DNA from: Alphaproteobacteria bacterium | GTDB taxonomy: Bacteria; Pseudomonadota; Alphaproteobacteria; Micavibrionales; UBA2020 | Length of the DNA: 64,000 nucleotides | NCBI GenBank assembly: GCA_016794125.1 | Contig: JAEUKT010000004.1 | Coordinates: 133,460 to 197,459 of the forward strand | Direction of reading: 5' to 3' | Part shown: in pieces, positions 18,342 to 28,180 of the stretch | Layout: every line of letters begins with the position of its first letter | How positions within the stretch are numbered: the stretch's first letter is position 1 | Notes under the pieces: model-generated | Told to the model about the DNA's origin: nothing | Databases searched by the model: none | Seen by the model: only the letters and a program-made list of their open reading frames with translations | Made by a program: the position numbers and the translations under genes

Positions 18342-18921
18342 CGATATCGCGCAGCGCCTGACCGATATGGCAGCCGCCGATTTGCGCAAGCGCGGCGAAC
18401 TGATTGCCGCAGGCACGCTGTTCGACGGATATCATCCCGACATGGAATCGCTGCATATCGCCAACGCAAAAGAACTGGATGAGATTATTGACGCTGTCGG
18501 CTGGCCGCATCGGGGTATCGCGGGCGTTGAGGGTGCGGAAGCCGCATGGCTGATCGCGCAGCACGCCGTCAGCCTGCCGGATTTCCAACGCAAGGTTCTG
18601 CGATTGCTGAAGGAAAACGCGGGCGATGTGCCGCCTGCGCAGATCGCCATGCTGGAAGACCGCATCCGCCGGTTTGAAGGAAAACCGCAACTCTACGGCA
18701 CGCAATTCGACTGGGACGACAACGGCCAGCTGTCGGCGGGCGTGATCGAGGACGAAGCGAATGTCGACCGCCGCCGCGCGAACGTCGGATTGAATTCGCT
18801 GAAAGAACGTACCGAAGAAATGCGCCGCCGCGCGGAAAACGAAGGCGACAAACCGCCCGCCGATATGGCGAAGCGGCGCAAAGATATGGATGCGTGGGCA
18901 AAGAAAGTCGGTTGGCGTTAA
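18328..18921 (+). CDS. Hypothetical protein
   Basis: ATG overlaps the fliJ stop (ATGAGCAAAACTGA). No family recognised. Confidence 0.55.
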   Translation: MSKTDDIAQRLTDMAAADLRKRGELIAAGTLFDGYHPDMESLHIANAKELDEIIDAVGWPHRGIAGVEGAEAAWLIAQHAVSLPDFQRKVLRLLKENAGDVPPAQIAMLEDRIRRFEGKPQLYGTQFDWDDNGQLSAGVIEDEANVDRRRANVGLNSLKERTEEMRRRAENEGDKPPADMAKRRKDMDAWAKKVGWR

Positions 18922-20861
18922 GCCGTCGTGCCCTGCTGGGGCGTGTCGATCGTCACCCATTTCTGCGCGCGGGTCTGGAAGCTGATGCCGCCTTCCATCT
19001 GCGCCTGCGCCAATCCCTTGGCGAAGCTGCCCATCAATTCGCGGCGCATCGATTCGGGCAGCGCGTCGGCGCTGCGCAAAATCAGGTCGAAGGTTTTCTT
19101 GCGCAGCAACCCGTCCAGCTGCATATCGCCCATGCGCGACAGATGCAGGTTGAGGATAAAACGCGTCGGCGGTGCGGCGCGGATATCGTCATTTTCTTCC
19201 GGCGTATCATCCTGTTGCTGGCGGCGGATATAGAATTGCATCTGGCCGATCTCGCCGTCATGCATCATCGGCATGGAAATCGCGCGCCATTCGCCGGATA
19301 CCGGTTCTTTCGACTGCGCCGAGATCTTGCCGAAATCGCCGGTCAAACGGTCGGCCAGCGCGGATTTTCCCGCCTGCCGCAGTGATTGCAGCGTGCCTTC
19401 GCCCAGCCAGCTTTCCACCGCGCCGCTGCGGAGCGCTGCAAGAAAGAACAATGCCGTCGGCACAAGTCGCGGCGTGGGGCTGGGGATGCTGTTCTGTATC
19501 GCCTGCGCAGTCTGTACGCTGATCGCGCCCAAGCTATCCATGGTTTCCTGCAATGCGGGCCATGTGGCGCTCCAGAGCGGTGTGAAGCCGCTGGGCGCGG
19601 GCGCCTGACGCAGCGCATCCATCTGGAACGTTGTCATCACCTGTTGCGGAGTCATCGGTGTCGGTTCAAACAATACTTGCGTGCCGACCGGCAGCGGGGC
19701 TGCGGTGCGGAGCAGGAAGCTCTGTCCGCCCGCGCGGATCGACGGCTGGCCGTTGGTGGTCACGAATTCAACCTCGCCCAGTATCTGCCCCTGTTGCGGC
19801 ACGGGCGGCGTTTCACCCTGCGGCGTGACGTTCACGATGCGCAGCTGGCTCATGCTGGGGATCAACCCCTGCAGGCCCTGCGGCATATCGGTTTTAATGC
19901 TGCCGCCCATGCGCGGCATCAGCGGCGCTGCTGCGCTGTTGCCGTTTTGCAGGCTTTCGATCAATGGCAGCAACCCCTTCAGCGCGCCAACGCCTGTGGG
20001 GGGCGGGGCATTGCCCGTGCCTTTGCCGGCGGGAACGGGCAGGGGCGGCATGTCGGTTTCCGGTGCGGCGGTTTGCGGCGCGGGCGTGGCAGAGGGCGGA
20101 TTTTGCGGCTGCGTTTGCGGCTGCGCAGGTGTTTGTGTTTGCGCGGGCGCCGGTGGTGGCAGCTGGATCATCTGCGACAGCTTCGCCGCCACTTCCGGCT
20201 TGGCAAGGTAAGTCAAAATCGCCTGTTGCTGCTCTGGCGGCAGTTTTTGCAAGGCGGCCAGTTTATCTGGCGCGGTTGCCAACTGCTGGATCACATCATT
20301 CGGTACGGGCAGGGGCTTGGGCAGCTGGCGCAGCATATCGGGTGTCAGTCGTTCCAGCACCGCGGCTGCGCGTTGCAGGGTGATATTCGCTTCAACAGGG
20401 CGCGACGGGGGCGCGGCATCATCCGTCAGCACCAGCGCGGTTACGATATCCCCGGGTTTCAGCGGCGGGGCGGACGGCGTTTTCACTGCGGCGGGCGCTG
20501 GCAGGTCGGCGTTTTCGGTTGCGGCGATCTTCTCGCGCAGCAATGCAATCTGCGCCCTTAATTTGCCATCCCTGCCGCGCGTCAGTTCGACCGTCACGGT
20601 TGCGTCCTTCGACATCGGCTTGTCGCTGTTCACCACAATCTCGCCGCGCGCGGTTGCGATGCGCGTTTCGCCCGTGTCGCGGTTTTGCGACACGACGCGC
20701 CCCTCCAGCTTCACAGGCGGGGTGCCGATATCGGCGGGGGCTTGTTTGACAGGCGCGGCTTCGTCCAGCAGGCGTTGTGTGCCTTGCGGTTTCGCAGTCG
20801 GCGTGGCGGCGTTCAGCACGTTCGCGGCGGGCGTTTTCGGCGGGATGGATGAATCGCTCAT
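18918..20861 (-). CDS. Proline-rich protein with a FliK-like C-terminal region (last gene of the fliF...flhG operon)
   Basis: Long P/A/Q-rich centre. The C-terminus RFILNLHLSRMGDMQLDGLLRKKTFDLILRSADALPESMRRELMGSFAKGL resembles the hook-length-control domain (L.L.P..LG.V.V.L....L...). Confidence 0.6.
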   Translation of the reverse strand: MSDSSIPPKTPAANVLNAATPTAKPQGTQRLLDEAAPVKQAPADIGTPPVKLEGRVVSQNRDTGETRIATARGEIVVNSDKPMSKDATVTVELTRGRDGKLRAQIALLREKIAATENADLPAPAAVKTPSAPPLKPGDIVTALVLTDDAAPPSRPVEANITLQRAAAVLERLTPDMLRQLPKPLPVPNDVIQQLATAPDKLAALQKLPPEQQQAILTYLAKPEVAAKLSQMIQLPPPAPAQTQTPAQPQTQPQNPPSATPAPQTAAPETDMPPLPVPAGKGTGNAPPPTGVGALKGLLPLIESLQNGNSAAAPLMPRMGGSIKTDMPQGLQGLIPSMSQLRIVNVTPQGETPPVPQQGQILGEVEFVTTNGQPSIRAGGQSFLLRTAAPLPVGTQVLFEPTPMTPQQVMTTFQMDALRQAPAPSGFTPLWSATWPALQETMDSLGAISVQTAQAIQNSIPSPTPRLVPTALFFLAALRSGAVESWLGEGTLQSLRQAGKSALADRLTGDFGKISAQSKEPVSGEWRAISMPMMHDGEIGQMQFYIRRQQQDDTPEENDDIRAAPPTRFILNLHLSRMGDMQLDGLLRKKTFDLILRSADALPESMRRELMGSFAKGLAQAQMEGGISFQTRAQKWVTIDTPQQGTTA

Positions 20862-20876
20862 GACCCCGCCCCTTCG

Positions 20877-21677
20877 CTAGGCGAGGATTTCGGCGACCAC
20901 GCGGTCGGCGATTTTTTCAAGGTCATGCGCCGTGTCGGTATTTGGGGATCGCACAAGGAACGGCGTTTGCGCGCGGATCGCCTCGCGCACGCGTTTGTCC
21001 TGCCGGATGATGCCCATCAGCGGCGGCGATATTTTCAGGAAGTTCTTCGCGGCCTTCAGGATCGTGCCATAGGTCGCTTCGCCTTCCTTTTCGCTGCCCG
21101 TCTGGTTGACGATCACTTTCAGGTTGTCGCCATGGCCTGCGGCGTGGCTGAGTTTAATAAAGGCATAAGCGTCGGTCAGCGCGGTCGGTTCATCGGTCGT
21201 GACGACAAAGGCCACATCGGCGGCGGCCGCCATAAACCGCACCGTGCGGTCGATGCCCGCGCCAAGGTCGATGATGATCGCATCATATTTCGGCAGCAGC
21301 CCGCGGATCTGCTCCATCAATTCCTGCAAACGCGGCAGCGCCATGGCGGAGAGCGAGCCATGACCCGAACGCCCTGCGATCACGTCAAACCCGCCTTCTT
21401 CATAGGGGGTGATGATTTGCGCGAGGGTTAAATTGCCCTCGATCACGTCGTTCAGGTCGCGTTTCGCCATCAATCCCAGCTGTACGTCGATATTTGCCAA
21501 TCCCAAATCGCCGTCGAACAGCAGCACCTTTTTCCCGCGCTGCGCCAGCGCGTGGCATAGCGTGATGGAAAACCATGTCTTGCCCACACCGCCCTTGCCG
21601 GAGGCCACGGCAAACAGTTTTTGCGCGGGCGCGTCGCCTGTGGTCTTGGCTGTCGGCTGTTTCGTTTTCGTTGTCAT
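20877..21677 (-). CDS. flhG: MinD/ParA-type flagellar number regulator FlhG (FleN/MotR)
   Basis: Deviant Walker A SGKGGVGKT; follows flhF with a 4-nt overlap. Confidence 0.85.
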   Translation of the reverse strand: MTTKTKQPTAKTTGDAPAQKLFAVASGKGGVGKTWFSITLCHALAQRGKKVLLFDGDLGLANIDVQLGLMAKRDLNDVIEGNLTLAQIITPYEEGGFDVIAGRSGHGSLSAMALPRLQELMEQIRGLLPKYDAIIIDLGAGIDRTVRFMAAAADVAFVVTTDEPTALTDAYAFIKLSHAAGHGDNLKVIVNQTGSEKEGEATYGTILKAAKNFLKISPPLMGIIRQDKRVREAIRAQTPFLVRSPNTDTAHDLEKIADRVVAEILA

Positions 21678-22660
21678 GGCTTGCCTTTCTTCGCCTTGCC
21701 TGTGGCCGGAACATGCGGCATCAGGAAATCGGCGAGAGTGTCGGGTGTGAGTGTCAGGATGCCGTTCGCCACATTGGGCGTATGGCTGGCGGCGCTGAAC
21801 ACAAGGCCGCCCTTGTCTGCCGCGCTGAGAATGCCGCCGATGCGGCGCGCGAAATCAAGGCGCGTGGGGATCAGGCGGCGCACTCCGATGATATCAAACG
21901 TCATCGCCATTTCCGCGCTTTCCTCCGCATCAAACCCTGCGGGCAGCACCAGCGCCGCGTCCATATCGGCGACGCCCATCAGCTTCAGCAGCGTTTTCAT
22001 CTCGGCGGGGTCGAACGGATTCAATCCGCCGGTGTCGATGATCACGGGGGAGGCGTTCTTGACCTTCGCCAGCGCCGCTGCCAGCGTCTTCGCGTCTTCC
22101 GCCTGATAGAGCGGCAGTTTCATGATGTCGAGGAAGGCGGAAAGCTGTTCGATGCCGCCCGCGCGCGCGATATCGGTCGTGATGATTGCGGGTTTCTGCC
22201 CTGCCATCACGGCGGCGGCCGCCATCTTCGCCGTCATCAGCGTCTTGCCCGCACCCGGCGGGCCGACAAGGATCAGCGGCTTAGTCGTTTTCTTCGCAGG
22301 CGTATCGAATTTGAATATTTTTCCCAGCGCGCCCGCCAGCATTTTCTTGGGCTCACGCGCCGGCAGCACCATCGCGGCAGCGACGATTTTTTCGCTGACA
22401 TTGCCCGGCACGCGGTGTTTCAGCAGCGCGTCGGTGATCATCTCGATCATTTCTTCTTCGTCATAGGGCTGCGAGTCGCGCGCGGTGTTGGCTTTGGGCT
22501 TCTGCGACGCGGGCAGTTCGTCCTGCTCCACCGCCGCCGTCACGCGGATCCAGCCGCCCGCTTCCTTGGTGCTGACGATGATGGCATCGTCGCCCAGCGC
22601 TTCCTTGATCTGGCGCATGGCGTCGGTCATCGTTTTGGCTTCGAAGGATTTAAGGCGCAT
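21674..22660 (-). CDS. flhF: SRP-type GTPase FlhF
   Basis: N-terminal MRLKSFEAKTMTDAMRQIKEALGDDAII and G1 motif GPPGAGKT. Confidence 0.85.
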   Translation of the reverse strand: MRLKSFEAKTMTDAMRQIKEALGDDAIIVSTKEAGGWIRVTAAVEQDELPASQKPKANTARDSQPYDEEEMIEMITDALLKHRVPGNVSEKIVAAAMVLPAREPKKMLAGALGKIFKFDTPAKKTTKPLILVGPPGAGKTLMTAKMAAAAVMAGQKPAIITTDIARAGGIEQLSAFLDIMKLPLYQAEDAKTLAAALAKVKNASPVIIDTGGLNPFDPAEMKTLLKLMGVADMDAALVLPAGFDAEESAEMAMTFDIIGVRRLIPTRLDFARRIGGILSAADKGGLVFSAASHTPNVANGILTLTPDTLADFLMPHVPATGKAKKGKP

Positions 22661-22672
22661 GGGCTGCTGCTA

Positions 22673-24757
22673 TCACGTTATTTGCGCGAAGGTGCGGATT
22701 TTCGCGCGCGGGTGGATTTCGTTCTGCGACATCACGATCGTTTGCGGGCGGAACCGTTCGATGATGGAGCGCACATAGGGGCGGATGCCGGGGCTGGTCA
22801 GCAGCACGGGGCTTTCGCCCTTCATCGCCATGTCTTCATATACCGTGCGCACAGATTGAATGAATTGCTGCAGGCGGGACGGCGCCATGGCGAGCTGTTT
22901 TTCCTCGCCCTGTCCTACCAGTGCTTCGGAGAAAGCCTGTTCCCATTCGCCGGACAATGTCACGAGCGGCAGGATGCCCGCATTGTTGCTGTTCTGGTCG
23001 CAGATCTGGCGGGCAAGGCGCGCGCGCACATGTTCGGTGATCATGGTGACGTTGCTGGTAAAGCCTGTCGCCTCCGCCACGCCTTCCAGAATGGTGGGCA
23101 GGTCGCGGATGGAGATGCGCTCGGAAACCAAGTTCTGCAATACGCGCTGCAGGCCGGTGACGGTGATTTTCGTCGGGATGACATCGGCGACCAGTTTCTG
23201 GTGCGTCTTGGGCAGTTCGTCCAGCAGCTTCTGCGTTTCGGCATAGGACAGCAGGTCGGGCATGTTGTCCTTGATGACTTCGGTGATATGCGTGGTCACG
23301 ACCGTTGCGGGATCGACGACGGTGTAGCCGCGGAAATGCGCTTCCTCGCGGTAATCGGGGCTGATCCACATGGCGGGCAGGCCAAAGGTGGGTTCGCGCG
23401 TCGCTTCGCCGGGGATTTCAATTTTATCGCCCGTCGGGTTCATGCAGAGCAGCATGTCGGGGCGGATATCGCCCTTGCCGGCCTCTATTTCCTTGATGCG
23501 CACGACGTATGAATTGGCGGGCAGCTGCAGGTTATCCTGGATACGCACGGAAGGCAGGATAAAGCCCATATCCTCCGCCAGCTGGCGGCGCAGGCCCTTG
23601 ATCTGGTCGGTCAGGCGGCCTTTTTCGGGGTTGTTCACAAGCGGCAGCAGGCCATAGCCGAGTTCGACGCGGATATTGTCGATCGCCAATGCTTTCGAAA
23701 TCGGTTCTTCCGCGACCGGCGCCTTGGCAATCGCCGCCTGTTCTTCGTTTGCTTTCGCCACGGCGGTTTTCTTGCGGGTTTCGAGCGTGTTGTAGGCGAA
23801 GACGCCCGCCGTTGCCGCCATCAGGAGGAAGGGCAGGGCGGGGATGCCGGGGATGACGGCCAGCACGCCCATCAACACGGCGCTCATGATCAGCGCCTGC
23901 GGGTAATTGCTGAGCTGCGAGAAAACGGCCTTTTCCGCCGAGCCGCTGACACCCGCCTTGGAGACGAGCATACCGGAGGCGATAGAGACGATCAGCGCGG
24001 GGATTTGCGTGACAAGGCCGTCGCCGATGGTCAGGTGGGTGTAGAAATGCGACGCGTCCTCGAAGCTCAGGTCTTTTTGCACCATGCCGATGACCATGCC
24101 GGCCACCACGTTGATGAAGACGATCAGCAGGCCCGCGATCGCGTCGCCGCGCACGAATTTGGCCGAGCCGTCCATCGCGCCGAAGAAGGTGCTTTCCTGC
24201 TCCAGTTGGGAGCGGCGGAAGCGCGCCTCTTTTTCGTCGATCATGCCGGCCGAAAGGTCGGCATCGATCGCCATCTGCTTGCCGGGCATCGCATCCAAAC
24301 TGAAACGCGCCGCGACTTCGGCGATGCGGCCCGCGCCCTTGGTGATGACGACGAAGTTGACGATCGTCAAAATCGCGAAGACGATGATACCGATGACGAA
24401 ATTGTCGCCCATGACGAAACTGCCGAAGGCCTCGATCACATGGCCGGCCGCGTCCTTGCCTTCATGGCCGTGCGCCAGAATTAATCGTGTGGAAGCAAGG
24501 TTGAGCGCAAGCCTTATCATGGTCGCGACCAGCAGGATGGTCGGGAACGACGACAGTTCCAGCGGTTTTTCGATAAATAGCACCGTCATCAGGATCAGGA
24601 CGGAGAAAGTGAGCGACAGCGCAAGGCAGGCATCCAGCAGCCAGGACGGCATCGGCAAAATCAGGACCGTCAGGATCGCGATAATGCCGAAGGCAAAGAT
24701 CACGTCGCTGCGAAGCCTGAAATTGCTGCGGAAACCTGTTGCGCCTGCCTCTGCCAT
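22673..24757 (-). CDS. flhA: Flagellar export gate protein FlhA
   Basis: Full-length FlhA: FPTILLVATMIRLALN, GAMDGSAKFVRGDA and cytoplasmic domain. Confidence 0.95.
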   Translation of the reverse strand: MAEAGATGFRSNFRLRSDVIFAFGIIAILTVLILPMPSWLLDACLALSLTFSVLILMTVLFIEKPLELSSFPTILLVATMIRLALNLASTRLILAHGHEGKDAAGHVIEAFGSFVMGDNFVIGIIVFAILTIVNFVVITKGAGRIAEVAARFSLDAMPGKQMAIDADLSAGMIDEKEARFRRSQLEQESTFFGAMDGSAKFVRGDAIAGLLIVFINVVAGMVIGMVQKDLSFEDASHFYTHLTIGDGLVTQIPALIVSIASGMLVSKAGVSGSAEKAVFSQLSNYPQALIMSAVLMGVLAVIPGIPALPFLLMAATAGVFAYNTLETRKKTAVAKANEEQAAIAKAPVAEEPISKALAIDNIRVELGYGLLPLVNNPEKGRLTDQIKGLRRQLAEDMGFILPSVRIQDNLQLPANSYVVRIKEIEAGKGDIRPDMLLCMNPTGDKIEIPGEATREPTFGLPAMWISPDYREEAHFRGYTVVDPATVVTTHITEVIKDNMPDLLSYAETQKLLDELPKTHQKLVADVIPTKITVTGLQRVLQNLVSERISIRDLPTILEGVAEATGFTSNVTMITEHVRARLARQICDQNSNNAGILPLVTLSGEWEQAFSEALVGQGEEKQLAMAPSRLQQFIQSVRTVYEDMAMKGESPVLLTSPGIRPYVRSIIERFRPQTIVMSQNEIHPRAKIRTFAQIT

Positions 24758-24760
24758 CTA

Positions 24761-26125
24761 TTATTTCCCGCCTTCCGCGACCGACAGGCCGGCATCGCCG
24801 TATTCTTTCAGCTTGTTGCGCAGCGTGCGGATCGAAATGCCGAGGATGTTGGCGGCATGGGTGCGGTTGCCCAGACAATGATCGAGCGTATTCAGGATCA
24901 GTTCGCGCTCCACATCGGCGACCGTGCGGCCGACAAGCGCGGGTTGCTCGCCCGATGCGGCGGGCGCGGCCGCTTTTTCGACGGCTTTCGCGGTGGCGGC
25001 GGCGGTTTGTGCGACGCTGGCGGCTTTTTGCCCGGCCAGCATGATGGCTGTCGCCTCGATCTCGGCTTCCTGCGACACCAGCACGGCGCGGTGCATGGTG
25101 TTTTCAAGCTCCCGCACGTTGCCCTGCCAATGGTGGGCGCGCAGTTTTTCGGTGGCGGCGGGCGACAGGCGCTTGTTCGGCAGCCCGTTCTGTTCGCTGT
25201 ATTTGGCGGCGAACATCGATGCCAGCGGCACGATATCGGCCGGGCGTTCGCGCAAGGGCGGCAGCGCGAGGTTGATGACGTTCAGGCGGAAATAAAGGTC
25301 TTCGCGGAATTTGCCTTCGCGCACGGTCTGTTCCATGTCGCGGTTGGAGGTTGCGATCAGGCGGATATCGACCTTGACGGGCGTATTGCCGCCGACGCGG
25401 TCGATGACGCGCTCCTGGATGGCGCGCAGCAGTTTCGCCTGCAGCGCGGGGTGCATTTCGCTCACTTCGTCGAGCAGCAGCGTGCCGCCGTTGGCTTCCT
25501 CGAACTTGCCCGTGCGGCGGGCGACGGCACCGGTGAATGCGCCCTTTTCATGGCCGAACAGTTCTGATTCCAGCAGGGATTCCGGGATGGCGGCGCAGTT
25601 GATGGAAATGAAGGGGCCGTTTGCGCGCTTGCTCTTCTGGTGGATGTAGCGCGACATCACCTCTTTACCCGTGCCGCTTTCGCCGGTGATGAGTATCGTG
25701 GCATCCGACGGCGCAACGCGGTCGGCGACCTGCAAAATCGCCTTCATACTGGCATCGCCTGCGATCATGGCGTTGCTTTCTTCCGTCACGGCCTGCAGCA
25801 CGGCCGCGATCAGTTCGGCATTCGGGGGCAGGGGGATGTATTCCTTCGCGCCCGCCTTGATCGCACGCACGGCGGTGGCGGCATCGGTGTTGATGCCGCA
25901 GGCAACCACGGGCACGACAAAACGTTCTTCCTTCAGGTGATCGATAAAGCCCGCGATATCCTGCTTCACATCGATCATGATAAGGTCCGCGCCGCGGCCG
26001 GAACGCAGTGCGCCCAGCGCCTGTTCCGCGTCTTCGGTATGCGTGACCTTGGCCCCGCGGCCGATGGCAATTTTGCCAGCCGTGCTGATTTGGCCGTTGA
26101 GGCTGCCGACGATCATCAGGCGCAT
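24761..26125 (-). CDS. flbD: Sigma-54-dependent flagellar activator FlbD
   Basis: N-terminus closely parallels Caulobacter FlbD (MRL.IVG.LNGQ.S...). AAA+ GESGTGKE, GAFTGA, C-terminal HTH. Confidence 0.9.
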   Translation of the reverse strand: MRLMIVGSLNGQISTAGKIAIGRGAKVTHTEDAEQALGALRSGRGADLIMIDVKQDIAGFIDHLKEERFVVPVVACGINTDAATAVRAIKAGAKEYIPLPPNAELIAAVLQAVTEESNAMIAGDASMKAILQVADRVAPSDATILITGESGTGKEVMSRYIHQKSKRANGPFISINCAAIPESLLESELFGHEKGAFTGAVARRTGKFEEANGGTLLLDEVSEMHPALQAKLLRAIQERVIDRVGGNTPVKVDIRLIATSNRDMEQTVREGKFREDLYFRLNVINLALPPLRERPADIVPLASMFAAKYSEQNGLPNKRLSPAATEKLRAHHWQGNVRELENTMHRAVLVSQEAEIEATAIMLAGQKAASVAQTAAATAKAVEKAAAPAASGEQPALVGRTVADVERELILNTLDHCLGNRTHAANILGISIRTLRNKLKEYGDAGLSVAEGGK

Positions 26126-26157
26126 CGTAAGGAGTATCCCTGCTTATCGGTTATATA

Positions 26158-26481
26158 TTAGGTAGGCGAGCGGTCGGATTTCACGATTTCGGTCATCGTG
26201 ACACCAAGGCGGTCTTCGACCACGATCACTTCGCCGCGCGCGACCAGGCGGTTGTTGACGTAGATGTCAATCGCCTCGCCGACCTTGCGGTCCAGTTCCA
26301 CGACCGCGCCGCGGCCCAGTTTCAGCAGCTGGCTGACCTGCATGGTCGATTTGCCCAGCACGGCGGAAATCTGCACGGGGATGTCGTAGATGGCGTCGAT
26401 ATCCTTTTTGCGGACTTCGGTCGTCACATGCTCTTGCAGGTCTTCGAATTCGACCTGCGGCTTGTTCGGTTCATTGGCCAT
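26158..26481 (-). CDS. fliN: Flagellar motor switch protein FliN
   Basis: SpoA domain: IPVQISAVLGKSTMQVSQLLKLGRGAVVELD...VARGEVVVV. Confidence 0.9.
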   Translation of the reverse strand: MANEPNKPQVEFEDLQEHVTTEVRKKDIDAIYDIPVQISAVLGKSTMQVSQLLKLGRGAVVELDRKVGEAIDIYVNNRLVARGEVIVVEDRLGVTMTEIVKSDRSPT

Positions 26482-26505
26482 TGTTCTCTCCGGTTGTTAA
26501 CTCGT

Positions 26506-27150
26506 TCAGTCTTTTATCGTCGATTGCATGCCGGCGATCGCTTTTGCGAACTCCGATTCAATTTGCGCGTAAAGGCGTTCGTACAGCCGCTCCGCCCCGC
26601 CGTCCGCCCATTCGACGCGCACGTCGGACGGGCTCATCGCGTCGTCGGACAGCAGGATGATTTTCCCCGCATATCCTTTGTCCATCGCCATTTTGTCGAT
26701 GCCTGCCTTCAGCGCTTCCATATGCGCGGTCGGGATGGTGATGGCGATGCGCGGCTCGTCGCGGCGGGCGTCGATCGCTTCGGTGATGACGCGTTCGATC
26801 TCGTCCATCGAATAACGCTCGGCGAATTGCGGGAGCAGTTTGTGGGTCACGCGCGCGGTCAGGCGCACGGTGGCCATCATTTTCTCGATCTCGCGCTTGT
26901 CTTCGGCCAAAATCAGGCGTTCCAGCAGCGTGATGATCTGGTGAAAACATTTCAGCGCGGTTTCTTCCTGCGCGGCGCGTGTTTCGCGGATGCCTTCCGC
27001 CTTGCCCTGCTGCTGCGCCTGCATCTTGGCGAGGATCAACTGTTCTTCGGAATAGACGGCGTTTTCCGGCAAGGAATTGTCCTTGTCGAAGTCGTTGGTG
27101 TCGAAGAGGAACTTCTTCACCTCGCCGTCATTTTTAGTAGATGAGCTCAT
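26506..27150 (-). CDS. fliH: FliH/FlbE-like flagellar assembly protein
   Basis: Sits between fliG and fliN. Start trimmed to the ATG overlapping the fliG stop. Charged N-terminus and FliH-like C-terminus. Confidence 0.65.
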   Translation of the reverse strand: MSSSTKNDGEVKKFLFDTNDFDKDNSLPENAVYSEEQLILAKMQAQQQGKAEGIRETRAAQEETALKCFHQIITLLERLILAEDKREIEKMMATVRLTARVTHKLLPQFAERYSMDEIERVITEAIDARRDEPRIAITIPTAHMEALKAGIDKMAMDKGYAGKIILLSDDAMSPSDVRVEWADGGAERLYERLYAQIESEFAKAIAGMQSTIKD

Positions 27151-28150
27151 CTTCATCCTTCGAGGTGACAATCGCAATTTCGCCGCGGTCCGCCAGATCT
27201 TTTGCCGTGGAAACGAGGCTCGCTTGCGCTTCCTCCACATCCTTCAGGCGCACGGGGCCCATGGCGCCCATGTCTTCTTTCATGATCTTGGCCGCGCGTT
27301 CCGACATGTTCGAGAAGAACAGGTCTTTCATCGCATCCGACGCGCCCTTGAGCGCGAGCGGCAGCATTTCCTTGTTGGCCGAGCGGATAACCGTCTGGAT
27401 TGCCGACGGATCAAGGCGGCCGAGATCTTCGAAGGTGAACATCAGGCTGCGGATTTTCTCGGCGGCGTCGGGGTTGCGCTCCTCCAGGTTCGTCATGAAC
27501 TTGGCTTCGGTTGCGCGCTCCAGGTTATTGAAAATCTCCGCCATAATCTCGTGACTGTCGCGGCGGCTGGTTTTCGCGAGGTTCATCATGAATTCGGTAC
27601 GGAGTGTCTTTTCGACGTCATCCAGCACTTCCTTCTGCACCGCCTCCATGCGCAGCATGCGCATCACGACTTCCATCGCAAAGCCTTCGGGCAACAGCGC
27701 AAGGGTGCGGGCGGAGTGTTCGGCGGTGATTTTCGACAGCACCACGGCGACGGTCTGCGGATATTCCTTTTGCAGGAAGTTCGCCAGAATGTCTTCGTTC
27801 ACGTTGGACAGTTTTTCCCACATGGTACGGCCGGCGGGGCCGCGGATTTCCTCCATGATGTTATCGACTTTATCCTTGCCCAGCACCTTTTGCAGCAGGC
27901 GTTCGGTTGAATCGAGCGAGCCGACGAGGGAGGAGGTGGAGGTGATGCTTTCCGCGAATTCGATGAACAGGCGCTCGATCACGCCCGCGCTGACCTTGCC
28001 GAGGTTCGACATGGTCTGCGACAGCACCAGGATTTCTTCCTCGTCCAGCGCCTCGAACACCTTGGACGTGTATTCTTCGCCCAGCGACAACAGCAGGATC
28101 GAGGCCTTTTCGGCCCCGCTCAGCGTGCGGTAATCTTCACGTACGCGCAT
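27134..28150 (-). CDS. fliG: Flagellar motor switch protein FliG
   Basis: [16 protein letters not shown]..., typical FliG middle and C-terminal domains. Confidence 0.95.
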   Translation of the reverse strand: MRVREDYRTLSGAEKASILLLSLGEEYTSKVFEALDEEEILVLSQTMSNLGKVSAGVIERLFIEFAESITSTSSLVGSLDSTERLLQKVLGKDKVDNIMEEIRGPAGRTMWEKLSNVNEDILANFLQKEYPQTVAVVLSKITAEHSARTLALLPEGFAMEVVMRMLRMEAVQKEVLDDVEKTLRTEFMMNLAKTSRRDSHEIMAEIFNNLERATEAKFMTNLEERNPDAAEKIRSLMFTFEDLGRLDPSAIQTVIRSANKEMLPLALKGASDAMKDLFFSNMSERAAKIMKEDMGAMGPVRLKDVEEAQASLVSTAKDLADRGEIAIVTSKDEDELIY

Positions 28151-28180
28151 TTAACGTGTCTCCCCCAAATCCCCTGGTTC

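Noticed and set aside
21575-23512. 645-aa plus-strand ORF across flhF/flhA; similar long ORFs at 8471-9877(-), 16491-17549(-), 35878-37386(+), 37629-38978(+), 40570-41910(+), 2002-2964(+), 2906-4084(+), 52549-53658(-) and 13861-14970(-)
   Set aside because: All lie antisense to genes with unmistakable family motifs (FlhA, FlhF, PMM, FliI, FlgE, FlgD/FliK, FlgI, ankyrins, ZapA/5-FCL, CheY/CheB). All have Arg/Gly/His-rich shadow composition.
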